Shown: one piece after another, positions 24,592 to 36,340 of the stretch | Numbering within the stretch: the stretch's first letter is position 1 | Layout of the letters: every line of letters begins with the position of its first letter | DNA from: Octopus vulgaris | Lineage: Eukaryota | Direction: 5' to 3' | Length of the DNA: 64,000 nucleotides | NCBI GenBank assembly: GCA_951406725.2 | Contig: OX597814.1 | Coordinates: 22,754,001-22,818,000 of the forward strand | Notes under the pieces: generated by a model | What the model saw: only the letters and a program-made list of their open reading frames with translations | Told to the model about the DNA's origin: nothing | The model's database searches: none | Program-made: the position numbers and the translations under genes

Positions 24592-25695
24592 AGCTAATGG
24601 GTGTACGTCAGTGTGTGCGTACTTGTTCTTGTGTGTGTGCGTGCTTGTTCTTCTGTGTGTGTGTGAGTGTGTGTATCTGTATGTGCGTACTTGTTCTTGT
24701 GTGTGTGTGTGTAAGTGTGTGAGTCTGTGTGCGTCCGAGCGCGTTCATGTATAGTCCCAAAGTTCTTGTTTAATTTAACTTTAAAATTGATAGAAATCAA
24801 TATCATATATATTTCTTTCTTTTTCATTTCCTTTAATCAATAGTAAGTGTTAATTTACATTTCTTCCTTTTCTCCATGCATGTTGCAATATTTCGGCTTT
24901 TTGATGCATGTTGCAATATTTCGGCTTTCTAATGCATGCTGCAATATTTCGGCTCTTTAATGCATGTTGCAATATTTCGGCTTTCTAATGCATGCTGCAA
25001 TATTTCGGCTCTTTAATGCATGTTGCAATATTTCTGCTTTCTAATGCATGCTGCAATATTTCGGCTCTTTAATGCATGTTGCAATATTTCGGCTTTCTAA
25101 TGCATGCTGCAATATTTCGGCTCTTTGATGCATGTTGCAATATTTCGACTCTCTAATACATGCTGCAATATTTCGGCTCTTTGATGCATGTTGCAATATT
25201 TCGACTCTCTAATGCATGCTGCAATATTTCGGCTCTTTGATGCATGTTGCAATATTTCAGCTCTTTTGTAGTTTAAAAAAAATCCTCATGGACTATCATA
25301 ACTAATACGGCGTTTTCGACGTTGATCTCGTTTTCTTCTTTGAAATTTACGGATTTTACATACACAAATGAAACAGGTAAGAACAAATATGCAAGGATTT
25401 TTCAAGTATAAAATACGACATTGTTTTTGTTATAACTACATTCCACACACATAAATGCATAAAAACAGAACACGCTTGCACACACACACACACATACACA
25501 CACACGTACACCCAGTGGCTTCATCCGCACATATTACTTAAAAACAGAACATGCGCGCACGCACACACTCACGCGCACAAGAACAAGTTCTCGCACACAC
25601 ACACGCTCACACACTCACACACTCAATAACAAGCACGCACACACATACATACACACACACATACACACACTCACAGAGGCGTACACCCATTAGCT
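24592..25695. repeat. Degenerate ~150-bp inverted repeats (24592-24750 / 25548-25695) enclosing a minisatellite
   Basis: agctaatgggtgtacgtc vs ggcgtacacccattagct; acttgttcttgtg vs cacaagaacaagt; gcgcgttcatgt vs acatgcgcgc. Confidence 0.7.
24876..25265. repeat. 28-bp minisatellite, ~14 units, alternating 56-bp dimer
   Basis: atgcatgTtgcaatatttcggctTtCta alternates with atgcatgCtgcaatatttcggctCtTta; unit starts at 24876, 24904, 24932. Confidence 0.97.
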
Positions 25696-25931
25696 TCCTC
25701 TTCGACTTCGACACGTCAAACAGAACAAGCACGCACGAAGAGAGCTCCATGCCAAACTATCGCCCGTTGGTTGATGATGATCAAAAATTAACCAATAAAA
25801 CGCAATCACCACGCAAACGGCCACGGTTCCCTTTACACTTTTATTCGTAAGCTAGGCATATATTGTCAAAGACGCAGTAGACTCGACTATAACATTTTGT
25901 TGTTGGTCACTGCATGCCTGACAGATACATA

Positions 25932-26146
25932 CGAGGTAGTGCTGAGAAGTTCCTGGTTTTAAGGGTGTCGTAAAAGGCCTATTTGAAGGCCCAAACTTCC
26001 GAATTCTTTTAGTGGCTTAGAAAAACTAAAGGACCGCTTCAATAAGTGAGTGAATCTGAGAGGGGAATATATTGAATGAAATCTTAATTAAATGATCCTC
26101 TTGTATTCTTTTACCCAAGGTCAGGAACATTTCAACACTTCCTGCA
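25932..26146. mobile_element. Mariner-derived MITE
   Basis: TA-cgaggtagtgctgagaagttcctgg ... caggaacatttcaacacttcctgca-TA imperfect TIRs. Confidence 0.75.
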
Positions 26147-26204
26147 TACATACATACATATACATATACATATACATACATACATACATACATACATACA
26201 TACA

Positions 26205-26285
<81 letters not shown>

Positions 26286-26460
26286 GTTTAAATATTTGTT
26301 GTGCAAGATTTTTTATGTGAAGTCGTGTGTTGAAACAGATATTGTTATATTTCGGAATGGTCATATTGCCAGTTTAGCCAATAAAAACACACGCACTATA
26401 TATTTGGTGTTATTTTGCTTCAGTGATATTTATTTTTTACATTAATCTTAATCTTATTTC

Positions 26461-26501
26461 AAAGTTCTTTCGTCACACACCTGTGACCGCATCAGTGGTC
26501 C
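26461..26501 (-). ncRNA. Hammerhead-like motif, left-arm copy (3' stem I truncated by a 4-bp deletion)
   Basis: Minus strand: GGACCA-CTGATGCG-GTCACA-GGTG-TGTGAC-GAAA-GAAC-TT-T. Confidence 0.45.
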
Positions 26502-27700
26502 TTTGTTTTTCTCACTTACTTGTGTCTCTCCTTACTAACCGTCAGCCATTTTGTATTTCTATTGTATGTCTTCATTTGCGCATGCTTATATCTCTATGTG
26601 CGTCTATGTTTATTTAGTGTGTGTGGGGTGGGATGCCTGTAATATTTGTATCTTCTGGTTATATACATTCTTGTAATTTGTATTTTGTTTTTGTTGTTGT
26701 TGCTTTTGTTCTAATTTTGTTCATGTGTTTACATCCACCCATTATTATCATTACATATGCTTGTATGTATGTATAACAACAATATTAGTAATAATAATAA
26801 TAAATCTAATCGAGAAAAAAAAAAAAAGAATATACATATACATATATATATATATACATACATATACATATACATATATATATATATATACACACATATA
26901 TACACATATACATATACATATATATACACATATACATATATATAGATATTCATTTCTATTTCTTTAATTACCTGTGTATTTATTATGTTTGAGGATCCAC
27001 TATTGTCATATGTTGTGGTGTGCTATTGCTCCATTCTAGTTTTCTATTCAGGCTAGGTTTATTTTCTATTATATGTGTAGCTTCTGTAATTTGTCAAATT
27101 ACAGAAGCTACACATATAATAGAAAATAAACCTAGCCTGAATAGAAAACTAGAATGGAGCAATAGCGCACACCACAACATATGACAATAGTGGATCCTGC
27201 AAACATAATAAATACACAGGTAATTAAAGAAATAGAAATGAATATCTATATATATGTATATGTGTATATATATGTATATGTATATGTGTATATATGTGTG
27301 TATATATGTATATATATATATATGTATATGTATATGTATGTATATATATATATATGTATATGTATATTCTTTTTTTTTTTTTTTCTCGATTAGATTTATT
27401 ATTATTATTACTAATATTGTTGTTATACATACATACAAGCATATGTAATGATAATAATGGGTGGATGTAAACACATGAACAAAATTAGAACCAAAGCAAC
27501 AACAACAAAAACAAAATACAAATTACAAGAATGTATATAACCAGAAGATACAAATATTACAGGCATCCCCCCCACACACACACTAAATAAACATAGACGC
27601 ACATAGAGATATAAGCATGCGCAAATGAAGACATACAATAGAAATACAAAATGGCTGACGGTTAGTAAGGAGAGACACAAGTAAGTGAGAAGAAAACAAA

Positions 27701-27745
27701 GGACCACTGATGCGGTCACAGGAGTGTGACGAAAGAACTTTGGCC
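27701..27745 (+). ncRNA. Minimal type-I hammerhead-ribozyme-like motif, variant core
   Basis: GG(A)CCA stem I - CTGATGCG (canonical CTGATGA) - GTCACA/GGAG/TGTGAC stem II - GAAA - G-AA-C minimal stem III - TT - TGGCC stem I complement. Confidence 0.6.
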
Positions 27746-27859
27746 GAAATAAGATTAAGATTAATGTAAAAAATAAATATCACTGAAGCAAAATAACACC
27801 AAATATATAGTGCGTGTGTTTTTATTGGCTAAACTGGCAATATGACCATTCCGAAATAT

Positions 27860-27916
<57 letters not shown>

Positions 27917-27919
<3 letters not shown>

Positions 27920-28100
27920 GGGGAGAATTCACGAGAAAAACAAAAGACGAAGACAGGTGGTGTAGGAAACAAACAGATGTATTAGTATAACGCTCAGGAA
28001 TTGAAAAAGTGTTTTACGTTTCGAGCCTACGCTCTTCCACTGAAAGGAACATAGAAAGAAACAAGGAGAGAAGAAATGTGAGTAGTGGCTACCGATACAT
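27917..28100 (-). mobile_element. Short non-autonomous Penelope-like repeat with hammerhead-like motif (28012-28047)
   Basis: Minus strand: CTTT-CAGTGGA-A-GAGC-GTAG-GCTC-GAAACG-TA-AAA; same family as 5140-5280; lies between TA tracts. Confidence 0.55.
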
Positions 28101-28145
28101 ATATATATAACAAAGTGAAGTTGTAAGGTACCGCACGAGTGGAAT

Positions 28146-28232
28146 TATATATGAAAGAAGGTTTGAAAATGTAATTTTAAAAGATGTTTATTCACTTTTA
28201 AAATTGCATTTTCAAACCTTCTTTCATATATA
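28146..28232. repeat. Hairpin, 38-bp arms, 11-nt loop
   Basis: tatatatgaaagaaggtttgaaaatgtaattttaaaag / cttttaaaattgcattttcaaaccttctttcatatata, one mismatch. Confidence 0.93.
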
Positions 28233-28842
28233 CACATAAATATAAATCTGCTTAATACCCTTTTATGTTTTTTCTCAAGATTGATTAGAATTCTAATTCT
28301 CATGTCATAGTTGCGTAAGCTTATTCCTCTCTAATATTAATCCGGTTGACATGTTTATACAATACTTTCCTGAGACTTAAATTCGGTTTTACTTTTCCTT
28401 TGTTATTCTTGAAACACTTTCCCCTTTCGTTTAATATGAAATCAATGTGGAAACCATTGTCTTTCCTGTAACAGATTATGACAAATGACTGAAAAAACAC
28501 CTGGTTAAGTTTAACACTCTTATTTACATTCGTCAGTTATATCCACTTGCTATTGTATTCGCTCCTTCATTGACGTGAGAATTTCAAGGAAAGAAAAAAA
28601 ATCAATGGAACTCTGAAAGTTTATGTAACTCAAGTAGTTAGTGTGACGTTTTCGGTTATAAGGCACTGATATTATTTATACAATATAATTTCCTACCGAT
28701 GTAGCTTGCATATGATTCGGACTGTGTAATCTGTAAATAATGTATTATGAAATATTTTTTGACATGAACGAGAGAAAATATATTCTAAAAGTATGAAAAA
28801 TACTGCAGCATTTTATTTATCATCATTAAAATTTTTAACATT

Positions 28843-28897
<55 letters not shown>

Positions 28898-29618
28898 GAT
28901 TTTATGAGTTTCCCCATAAACTGCATGAAGAATTTGCATTATGGGTTTTGACGGCAATGTTTCTGCTTGCTAAAGGAGATCACAGGCCATGAAGCTATGG
29001 ATGGCATTAACATAGAAGCATCAGCCATTTTGTAATGGCTGTTCGGTTATTTTTATGGTGACAATGCACAAATTTGTTCCCTGCTTCAATGATCATTCCT
29101 AGGAACCTTGAATTTCCAACTTGAATCTGACAGTAATTGGTTATTTTTATTTAAGACATTCTCCAAGAAAGAAACGACAGCACAAAGAAATAAAACAAAG
29201 ATTAATTGCCAGTGCATTGTTTAAGTTTCATGCATGACTATGTGGGCATATAGGTTAGCTCGTATTGTATTGCTTTATCCAACTTACGAAATATAAAATA
29301 TACATTAAAATAGGCATATTGCTAGAGTGTTCAGAGGAGAAATGTTCCCTCTGAGACAATAGACATGTTTATGAAACATAAAGTTATTTGCAGAGACTTT
29401 GTGAGTTAAATTGAAAAATTCTGAGTCATATCCAAGCCGGACTAATTCTACAATAAACAAATAAAATGTTGAAATTTCGCTGCCTTTCAAATATATTCTT
29501 ATTCAAAATGAGAAGTTTAAAAACGTTTTAAAACACTGTACAACGTTTGGTTAATAGTTAATAGTTTTCAGTAATTAATCTGTTATAACAAAATATAGAA
29601 TAGACAAATCGATATATA

Positions 29619-30903
29619 GGGGAGACCGGGTCTAGTTGTTACACGGGTAAGTTGTTACAAGCCCATTGTTTCCAACTTCAAGAAATAGGTGGCACTCGGT
29701 CTCTACCTCGTGATGGCCAACTCCTTAGCATCATGACTGCACATGTGTATTGCACTGGCGGTCTGTCACCAGGAAAGGTATGGCTCAAAAAACGATATTT
29801 TACTCCAAAAGGGAAATTTGGCCACAAAGTTATTTCCTTAACTACTAAAGCACTAGTGGCGTTACTGAAGTAGTTTGTGGCTCATTAGGAAGTGTTGGAA
29901 GTTGCCTTCGGTACATGAAGGTGTGTCCTGAATGCCATGCATTGCTAGTGCTGTGTACGAGGTAATCAACAGAAATCCATGGCCGGGGCTAATTGTTACA
30001 GTGTATCAACTTACCCCGAGCAACCTACACCAGGCCTAAGTTTTCTTGCTGGTGTTGTTACAAGCCCAGAGATGTTGCACCCATTAAGGAAGGCTTCCCC
30101 CAGGAAGACAGGTCGACGTTGTGGAAGTCGCAAGTGGTGCTAAACAGCCATTCTAACCCAAACCCCCGTAAAACAGCACATAATAGATAAAATAAATGAA
30201 CGGAAATCCAAACCAAAGAAGGCAACTTGTACAGAAAAGGCAACAAAGAGGAAGGTAAAGTCAGCTAAAACAGGTTAAGGCAATGGGAAGCAGCCTCACA
30301 GCAAGTCGCCGATTGGAAATGCCTTGTCTGCTCAGATTGGTATTCCACTTCCCTTCCAGGTGAAGAATGGGTGCAATGCATGATCTGTAAAGACTGGGCA
30401 CACACTGACTGTACCGAAGAACGACAGAGCTTTCTGTGTGATCTGTGTGGTGAGAAGTTAATAGAGGACGATTCCGACTAGATGGCACATGTAACAATGG
30501 GGAAATTGGCTGATGAGGACTCTCAGTATCACGGTTAGAATATGAAGTGGTTCAAAGCACTGTTAATTAATCAAAATAATACTTCATAGATGCAAGAAGC
30601 AGGAGACGTATTCATTTTAAATTTGATTGTTAACATAATTCTGAGTTATCGACAGTTGTAACAAAGTACCCCAGTAAGTGTAACAACGTACCCCGCACCC
30701 GGGGCAAATTGTTACAGCTGACACCACTTCATTAATTATAACCTGTCTAATTAATGTTATGTAATTTCTGGTTTTTGCTGGTGATAATAATAGAGGTGCC
30801 TTACTAATTAAATCTGAAAAGAAACTTCAGTTGTGTTCATTTATGTGCGTGCCAAGGCAAAATAAAAAATTAAAAAAATGTAAAAACTAGACCCGGTCTC
30901 TCC
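29619..30903 (+). mobile_element. Internally deleted pogo/Tc2-like DNA transposon with C-terminal PHD finger
   Basis: TA-ggggagaccgggtctagtt ... aactagacccggtctctcc-TA; repeated ttgttaca/tgtaacaa subterminal motifs; remnant PLRKASPRK..TAILTQTPVK. Confidence 0.85.
30320..30481 (+). pseudogene. PHD zinc-finger C-terminus of the transposase
   Basis: CLVCSDWYSTSLPGEEWVQCMICKDWAHTDCTEERQSFLCDLCGEKLIEDDSD*, a complete C4HC3 pattern. Confidence 0.85.
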
Positions 30904-30928
30904 TAGCTCACACGAAAGCGGGATTAAT

Positions 30929-31079
30929 GTGACAGGCCGCCAGTGCAATACACATGTGCAGTCATGCTGCTATGGAGTTGGCCTTCACGAGGTAGAGACC
31001 TGAGTGCCACCTATTATTGAAGTTGGAAACAATGGGCTTGTAACAACTTACCCGTGTAACAACTAGACCCGATCTCCCC
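30929..31079 (-). mobile_element. Inverted extra copy of the left 150 bp of the pogo-like element
   Basis: Reverse complement of 29619-29769, ending gatctcccc-TA. Confidence 0.9.
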
Positions 31080-31769
31080 TACATGAAATGGTGTAGTTTC
31101 AATAGATACATACATTCTAGATCAGAGAGGGAGAAACATTTCAGGCAAGGTAGCATTGACTTTGTCTTCCATCTATGAAGGGTGAATTTCAAAAATTGTT
31201 CACACTGCCAAACCTATTATTTTATGAAATATAATAATGAAATTTCTATGAAAAGCAGTTTCAAAATAAGGGCGACGGTTGTCACCTCCAATTTTCTATG
31301 TTTTAAAACACAATTGTAACTATTTGAAACAAATAATTACAAGTTAGATTAAAAAATTATATTTCTGACGTTTGATCTTAGTCGGAAGATGGACCTTAAA
31401 TACAATTAAATCAACAACAATGTATTTCAGTACCATTGTTCCTCGAACATTTTTGAAAGTTCCCCCATTTCTGTTCGAGACAACAACAATAGCAAATCAT
31501 CTAATTATCTGGCAAATATTCATTAAATAATATATTTCAATAACATGTCACTTCTAAGCATTACATTTGCAACGTATGTCCTCAAAGTAAGGTGTCATAT
31601 TTTATAAGAGCCTATCCTATCGAACAGTAACCCACTCCTCATTTGTATTATATCTTAAAATCTCGTGAACCATGCATTACCCATCTATCTAATAATTTCT
31701 CACGAAAATTCCTTCTTCTATGCCTGCCATTTTCTTCTAATTTTCAGTTTGAATATAATACATAAGCTA

Positions 31770-32055
31770 AAACACAGCCGACTAGATATTGTTGTGTAGG
31801 ATATTGTTGTGAAAATCAGCAGCCTTCTGGACACCGATGTGGTTAGAAAAATACAGGCGAATGAGGACGTCTATGGACCATTGATAAAGAGTTTGCAAAT
31901 CTAGAACACTATTATTGTTGGAGCAACTGAATATGTACCAACTTGTGTGGAGCAGAGGATAGCTGAATTTAGAACCTTGGGAAGAGAACGCAACTCCTTA
32001 ACCCTTATACACTATATCTCGCACTATAAAAACTGCAAGACCTTCTTAAAATTTA
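31770..32055 (+). mobile_element. R4/Dong-type LINE 3' fragment (RLE endonuclease)
   Basis: HSRLDIVV*DIVVKISSLLDTDVVRKIQANEDVYGPLIKSLQI*NTIIVGATEYVP ... CKTFLKF*. Confidence 0.65.
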
Positions 32056-32169
32056 AAATATGATGAACAAGAAGATGCTTTCTTTCACAACCTTGCTACC
32101 AAGCAGGTGGCCGGTCAAAATTAACTCTAGATTGACATAGGAAAGACAACAAACAAATAAACATACGTG

Positions 32170-32760
32170 CAAACATAGATACATAGATACATACATACAT
32201 ACATACATACATACATACATACATACATACATACATACATACATACATACATACATACATACATACATACATACATACATACATACATGCGTGCGTGTAT
32301 ACATGCATGCATGCTTACATGCATACATAGATGAACACATACATTTACTAAGGATGTCATGCTTTCCATGGGTAGTTGTTTCAATAATTGCTATATCAGA
32401 TCAATGGTAATTTCCTACATTTCATGGTATAAAACGAGGTATTCAAACAGCTGTACTGCTGTAAGGTATTACTAACTTAATAAATTAATATGGACTTTAC
32501 ATATATAATGTATAGAGTCTTTTATTGAGTTAAGCATTGCCCTCTTCCTCGATACACGTACGAGTATTGGTGGACTATATGTCTGTATGCATGTGTAATA
32601 TAATGTAACGTACATGTATGTATATATGCATGTATGTATGTATGCATGTATGTATGTATGCATGTATGTATGTATGCATGTATGTATGTATACATACACA
32701 CATATACATACATAAATAATCACATACATACATAACTACATACATGTATACACACATACA
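32170..32760. repeat. (TACA)n and (TATG)n microsatellites
   Basis: Tracts at ~32170-32340 and ~32610-32760. Confidence 0.9.
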
Positions 32761-33012
32761 ATCACATACAATACAATTGTTTAACTTCACGTCCACATTT
32801 CCATGCTTGCGTGGGTCAGATGGAATTTGTTCAGGCAAATTTTCTAGTTTAATAGGCCTCTCGTCAGGTTCTTGTGAGCTTTTGGAAAAATGCCTATATC
32901 AGCATCAAAAACTATTTGAATCTGAAGAGTCCCCTATACAGCTAAACGCCTTATAGGTGCGAAGCCAATGGTTACCCTCTGACCGGCCATAACATCAACC
33001 TTCTAATAAAAT

Positions 33013-33243
33013 AGGGCGGTGAGCTGGCAGAATCGTATGTATGCCGGACGTAATGCTTAGTAGTATTTCGTCTGCTGCTACATTCTGAGTTCAAATTCCG
33101 CCGAGGTCGACTTTGCCTTTCATCCTTTCGGGGCCCATTAAATAAGTACCAGTTACGCACAGAGGTCGATGTAATCGACTTAATCCCTTTGTCTGTCCCT
33201 GTTTGTCTTTATGTTTAGCTCCTTGTGAGCAATAAAGACATAA
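33013..33243 (+). mobile_element. SINE family B
   Basis: Matches the copy at 6995 end to end. Confidence 0.92.
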
Positions 33244-33459
33244 ATTGCTTCTCAACCTTGTGGTTTTGGCTTTAATCTCATTGGCCTGAACCTTCAGAAA
33301 GTGTCGTGTCTTCTACTATATATATTAGCGCCAAGCAGTGTTTAGTTTAGGCATAAGCAAAGTTTAGGTTAATTAAAATGTTTGTGACATATTTCAACTG
33401 TTAAAAGTCAAATTCATTATAGTTACCGTGGAGAAAATTTTCTCTTATGGAGAAAAGAT

Positions 33460-33622
33460 GCAAAAACACCATATTTCGACCGTATCGGCACATATCAAGA
33501 TCCCCAGTCATCGATGTTTCTAGCTGCTTAGCCGTTATCAATGGGAAATACATAAGAGAGGCAACTCATCAATATCTGGAAATCCTGATAGATGGCGACA
33601 CTAGATAGATATGGTTTTTGTG
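33460..33622. mobile_element. Degenerate palindromic MITE-like element
   Basis: caaaaacaccatat..tatcaagatccccag vs ctggaaatcctgata..atatggtttttg. Confidence 0.4.
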
Positions 33623-33732
33623 CCTAAACAACTCTTGGTGTTAATACTACGGTAATATCCATGACCTCGTGGTCTACTGGCACAAACCAATCAATGTTGC
33701 TATAGCTTTAATAAGGCCTACACCCACCCACC

Positions 33733-33776
<44 letters not shown>

Positions 33777-33869
33777 CATACAGAGCTAACCAGCTTATAC
33801 TGTCACGTTATACTGACATATGCACACACACGTGAATGGTATAACCTCATGACTACAGAGTAGTAATGA

Positions 33870-34129
33870 GCGTAAAACCATTGTGCTTAAAGTAGAATCG
33901 GTGCTTGGTGACAGTAGAAACGGAAGGAGACCTATGATAGATGGACTGCTCAAGGAATTCTGTTTGTCATATTTGTCATAGTCAGTTTCTGCTTACTGCA
34001 GCCAGCAGCAGAATGGAGGCTTTCTAGGAGCTTTACCAATTATTTATCTGCCAAATTACTCACGAATTAGTTAAACTGTTGGGAATTTGGTTTAGCTCAA
34101 ACCTTCAGGTGGAAAAGGACGGTGTTGAG
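33870..34129 (+). other. Candidate first (5'UTR) exon of a long-intron host gene
   Basis: Unique, more GC-rich sequence ending in a strong donor GAG|GTAAGG; lies at the onset of CpG depletion; start coordinate approximate. Confidence 0.45.
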
Positions 34130-35835
34130 GTAAGGAATGCATGGTGAATTTTATCGGAAAATGGCGTATAATAAGCCGTTCTCGAAGGTAGAGTAGAAAT
34201 ACTCAATAGGTGGATAATTTATGTTACCAATACTCATTATTCCGGAAGTTGTATTATCAAATTAAAGTGATACCTATATCTCTCATTTTTCTAGATGTAA
34301 CTCATATTAGTAGTCAGAAAATCCATCTCTTCTCAGCATTTTTTAAACCTAGATCTCGCAATGCACACATTGCCGATGCTTTGAAAGGAGCTGATCCTAC
34401 GACAGACACAGGGGTACTACAAAAGAAAGCTGTTCTTTCAGCTCGCATCTTTAACAAAACTGCTGCATGGATAATGAGTAGACAAGAACAGGAACCTGGC
34501 ATCAAGGATGTGAAACTTTCAATTACTCTACCTCCTGGACAGAACTGTCACTTAGACAATGGCTTTCGCTTTTTTATACAGAGTTCAGGACAGACATGAA
34601 CACTAATACCCTGTGGGCTATTCAGAGCATCACCAATGATGCATTATACAAACCTTCAAGGGTGGTTTCAGTTCTAGCATTGTTGGTAACTTCTAAAGGT
34701 TTTCTTGTATGAAGAAAGCATGTTTGTGATTCAGCAGAGCGAATCATATTCATCTCACGCTCATCAGGATCCCCCGACTCTGTTTATGCTATCCTCTAAT
34801 TGTCCCCAAGAAGTCACAATTACTTTCCTATTGATGCATTGTCTAACTGGTGTTGCCATGTGAGCGTCCGAAAACTTTTCAGGCGTCAAAAATTTGACCC
34901 TTTTACTTTGATGAATTGCGAAATCCAAGTTGATATCAGTTCCAGTGGAAAGTCTGTTTCACCTCATTTTTTCAATCACAAAATAGTTTGAAGAAATTTA
35001 CCATCTCGACCTTTGAAGCCATAACCATCTCGTCATTATTTCAGCATCACATACTTAATACATTATCTGATATAGTTATAGATACCTTTCAAGACGGTAC
35101 GGTAGGATTTAAGGGGAAACATGTCTGTTACACTAGCAGATGGTATGACTATACTTAATGTATTGTATACCTGCTAGGTATACCTAATGACTAATGCAAA
35201 AGGTGTCGTGTGGAGGCTGAAAAATGGCATTGAGATCTTTACCTTACAGTTCAAATGATGCTTTTTTGCTATTATTCAAAGGAAAAAAATTTGAACTCCA
35301 CTAAATAAAACAGGATTATGTTTAACATGGCAAGGTTGTTCAGATCTCAGGGTTCATTTATGTTGAGAGAACTCAGGTGTTAATTTATGATTTACCCTGT
35401 GTGGTTATCCCCTTTTCAAATATTACATTCTATAATAGCATTATAATTTTCATTGTAATATTTCATAAACTGATATTTAACTTATACATTTTTGTCTCTT
35501 GTGTTTTCATTTTTTGTATTTTCATTTTTTCTCCTTCTTATGTATCTCTCACAGAACTCTTGTTGTTGCTAAAGCTTCTTATGATTGCTGCACGAAAACA
35601 AATATAACTGTACAAAATTTATTATTATCATTATAGAAGTACAATTAGGTCTACACACTCAGATACAATTATATATGATTGTCTCTATGTAAATATCGAT
35701 ATATAAATGAATATAATAACTAATTTATAGATGACTATAGATAATCAGAGGAGTGTGTCTGACTAAGCAGATATCTGATAATCTTACAAAAAGAAAACAA
35801 TACATAGTTGACAATAAACCAATATTTGCCTCAGA

Positions 35836-35962
35836 ATGCAATCTACAACTTATATCGGATGGCAAGTATTCCTAAAAGACATTGTTTTAGTTCTAGATAA
35901 TCTATGTGACTCATTGAAAGCAGTGATGCATTGGAGACTGACAGGCGCCAGCAGTATTGTAG
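35836..35962 (+). CDS. Candidate first coding segment (exon starting at 35555 or 35835)
   Basis: Acceptors ctctcacAG|35555 (long polypyrimidine tract) or ttgcctcAG|35835; MQSTTYIGWQVFLKDIVLVLDNLCDSLKAVMHWRLTGASSIV plus 1 nt; donor AG|GTTAGA (phase 1). Confidence 0.4.
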
Positions 35963-36233
35963 GTTAGAGACCACTTTCTTTCTCTATTATATATTGAGCT
36001 ATCAATGTAATGCACCATTGTTGCAGCTATTGCAAACAATACAGGCTGGTCATGTGCTACAACATGAAAGCTATACTCATTTCTTTTTAAATGTGATGTT
36101 GTGGAATTGAATTACTTGCTGTTTATCTTCTTCAGATTTTGGATGACTGATATATTTGCCATTACTTCTTGAGCTTGAAAAGAAAATTGCTTCCATCAAG
36201 TTTCTTTCCTTTCTGGGAATTTAAATACAAAGT

Positions 36234-36340
<107 letters not shown>

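Larger units (their letters stand above)
26339..27867. repeat. 1.53-kb near-perfect palindrome (arms 26339-27093 and 27095-27867, 1-nt centre)
   Basis: Centre ctgtaatttg-T-caaattacag; arms are reverse-complementary throughout with only a few substitutions and small indels. Confidence 0.97.

Noticed and set aside
34210-34599. 129-aa ORF
   Set aside because: Non-ATG start; the LQKKAVLSARIF motif suggests an R4-like LINE tail remnant rather than a host exon
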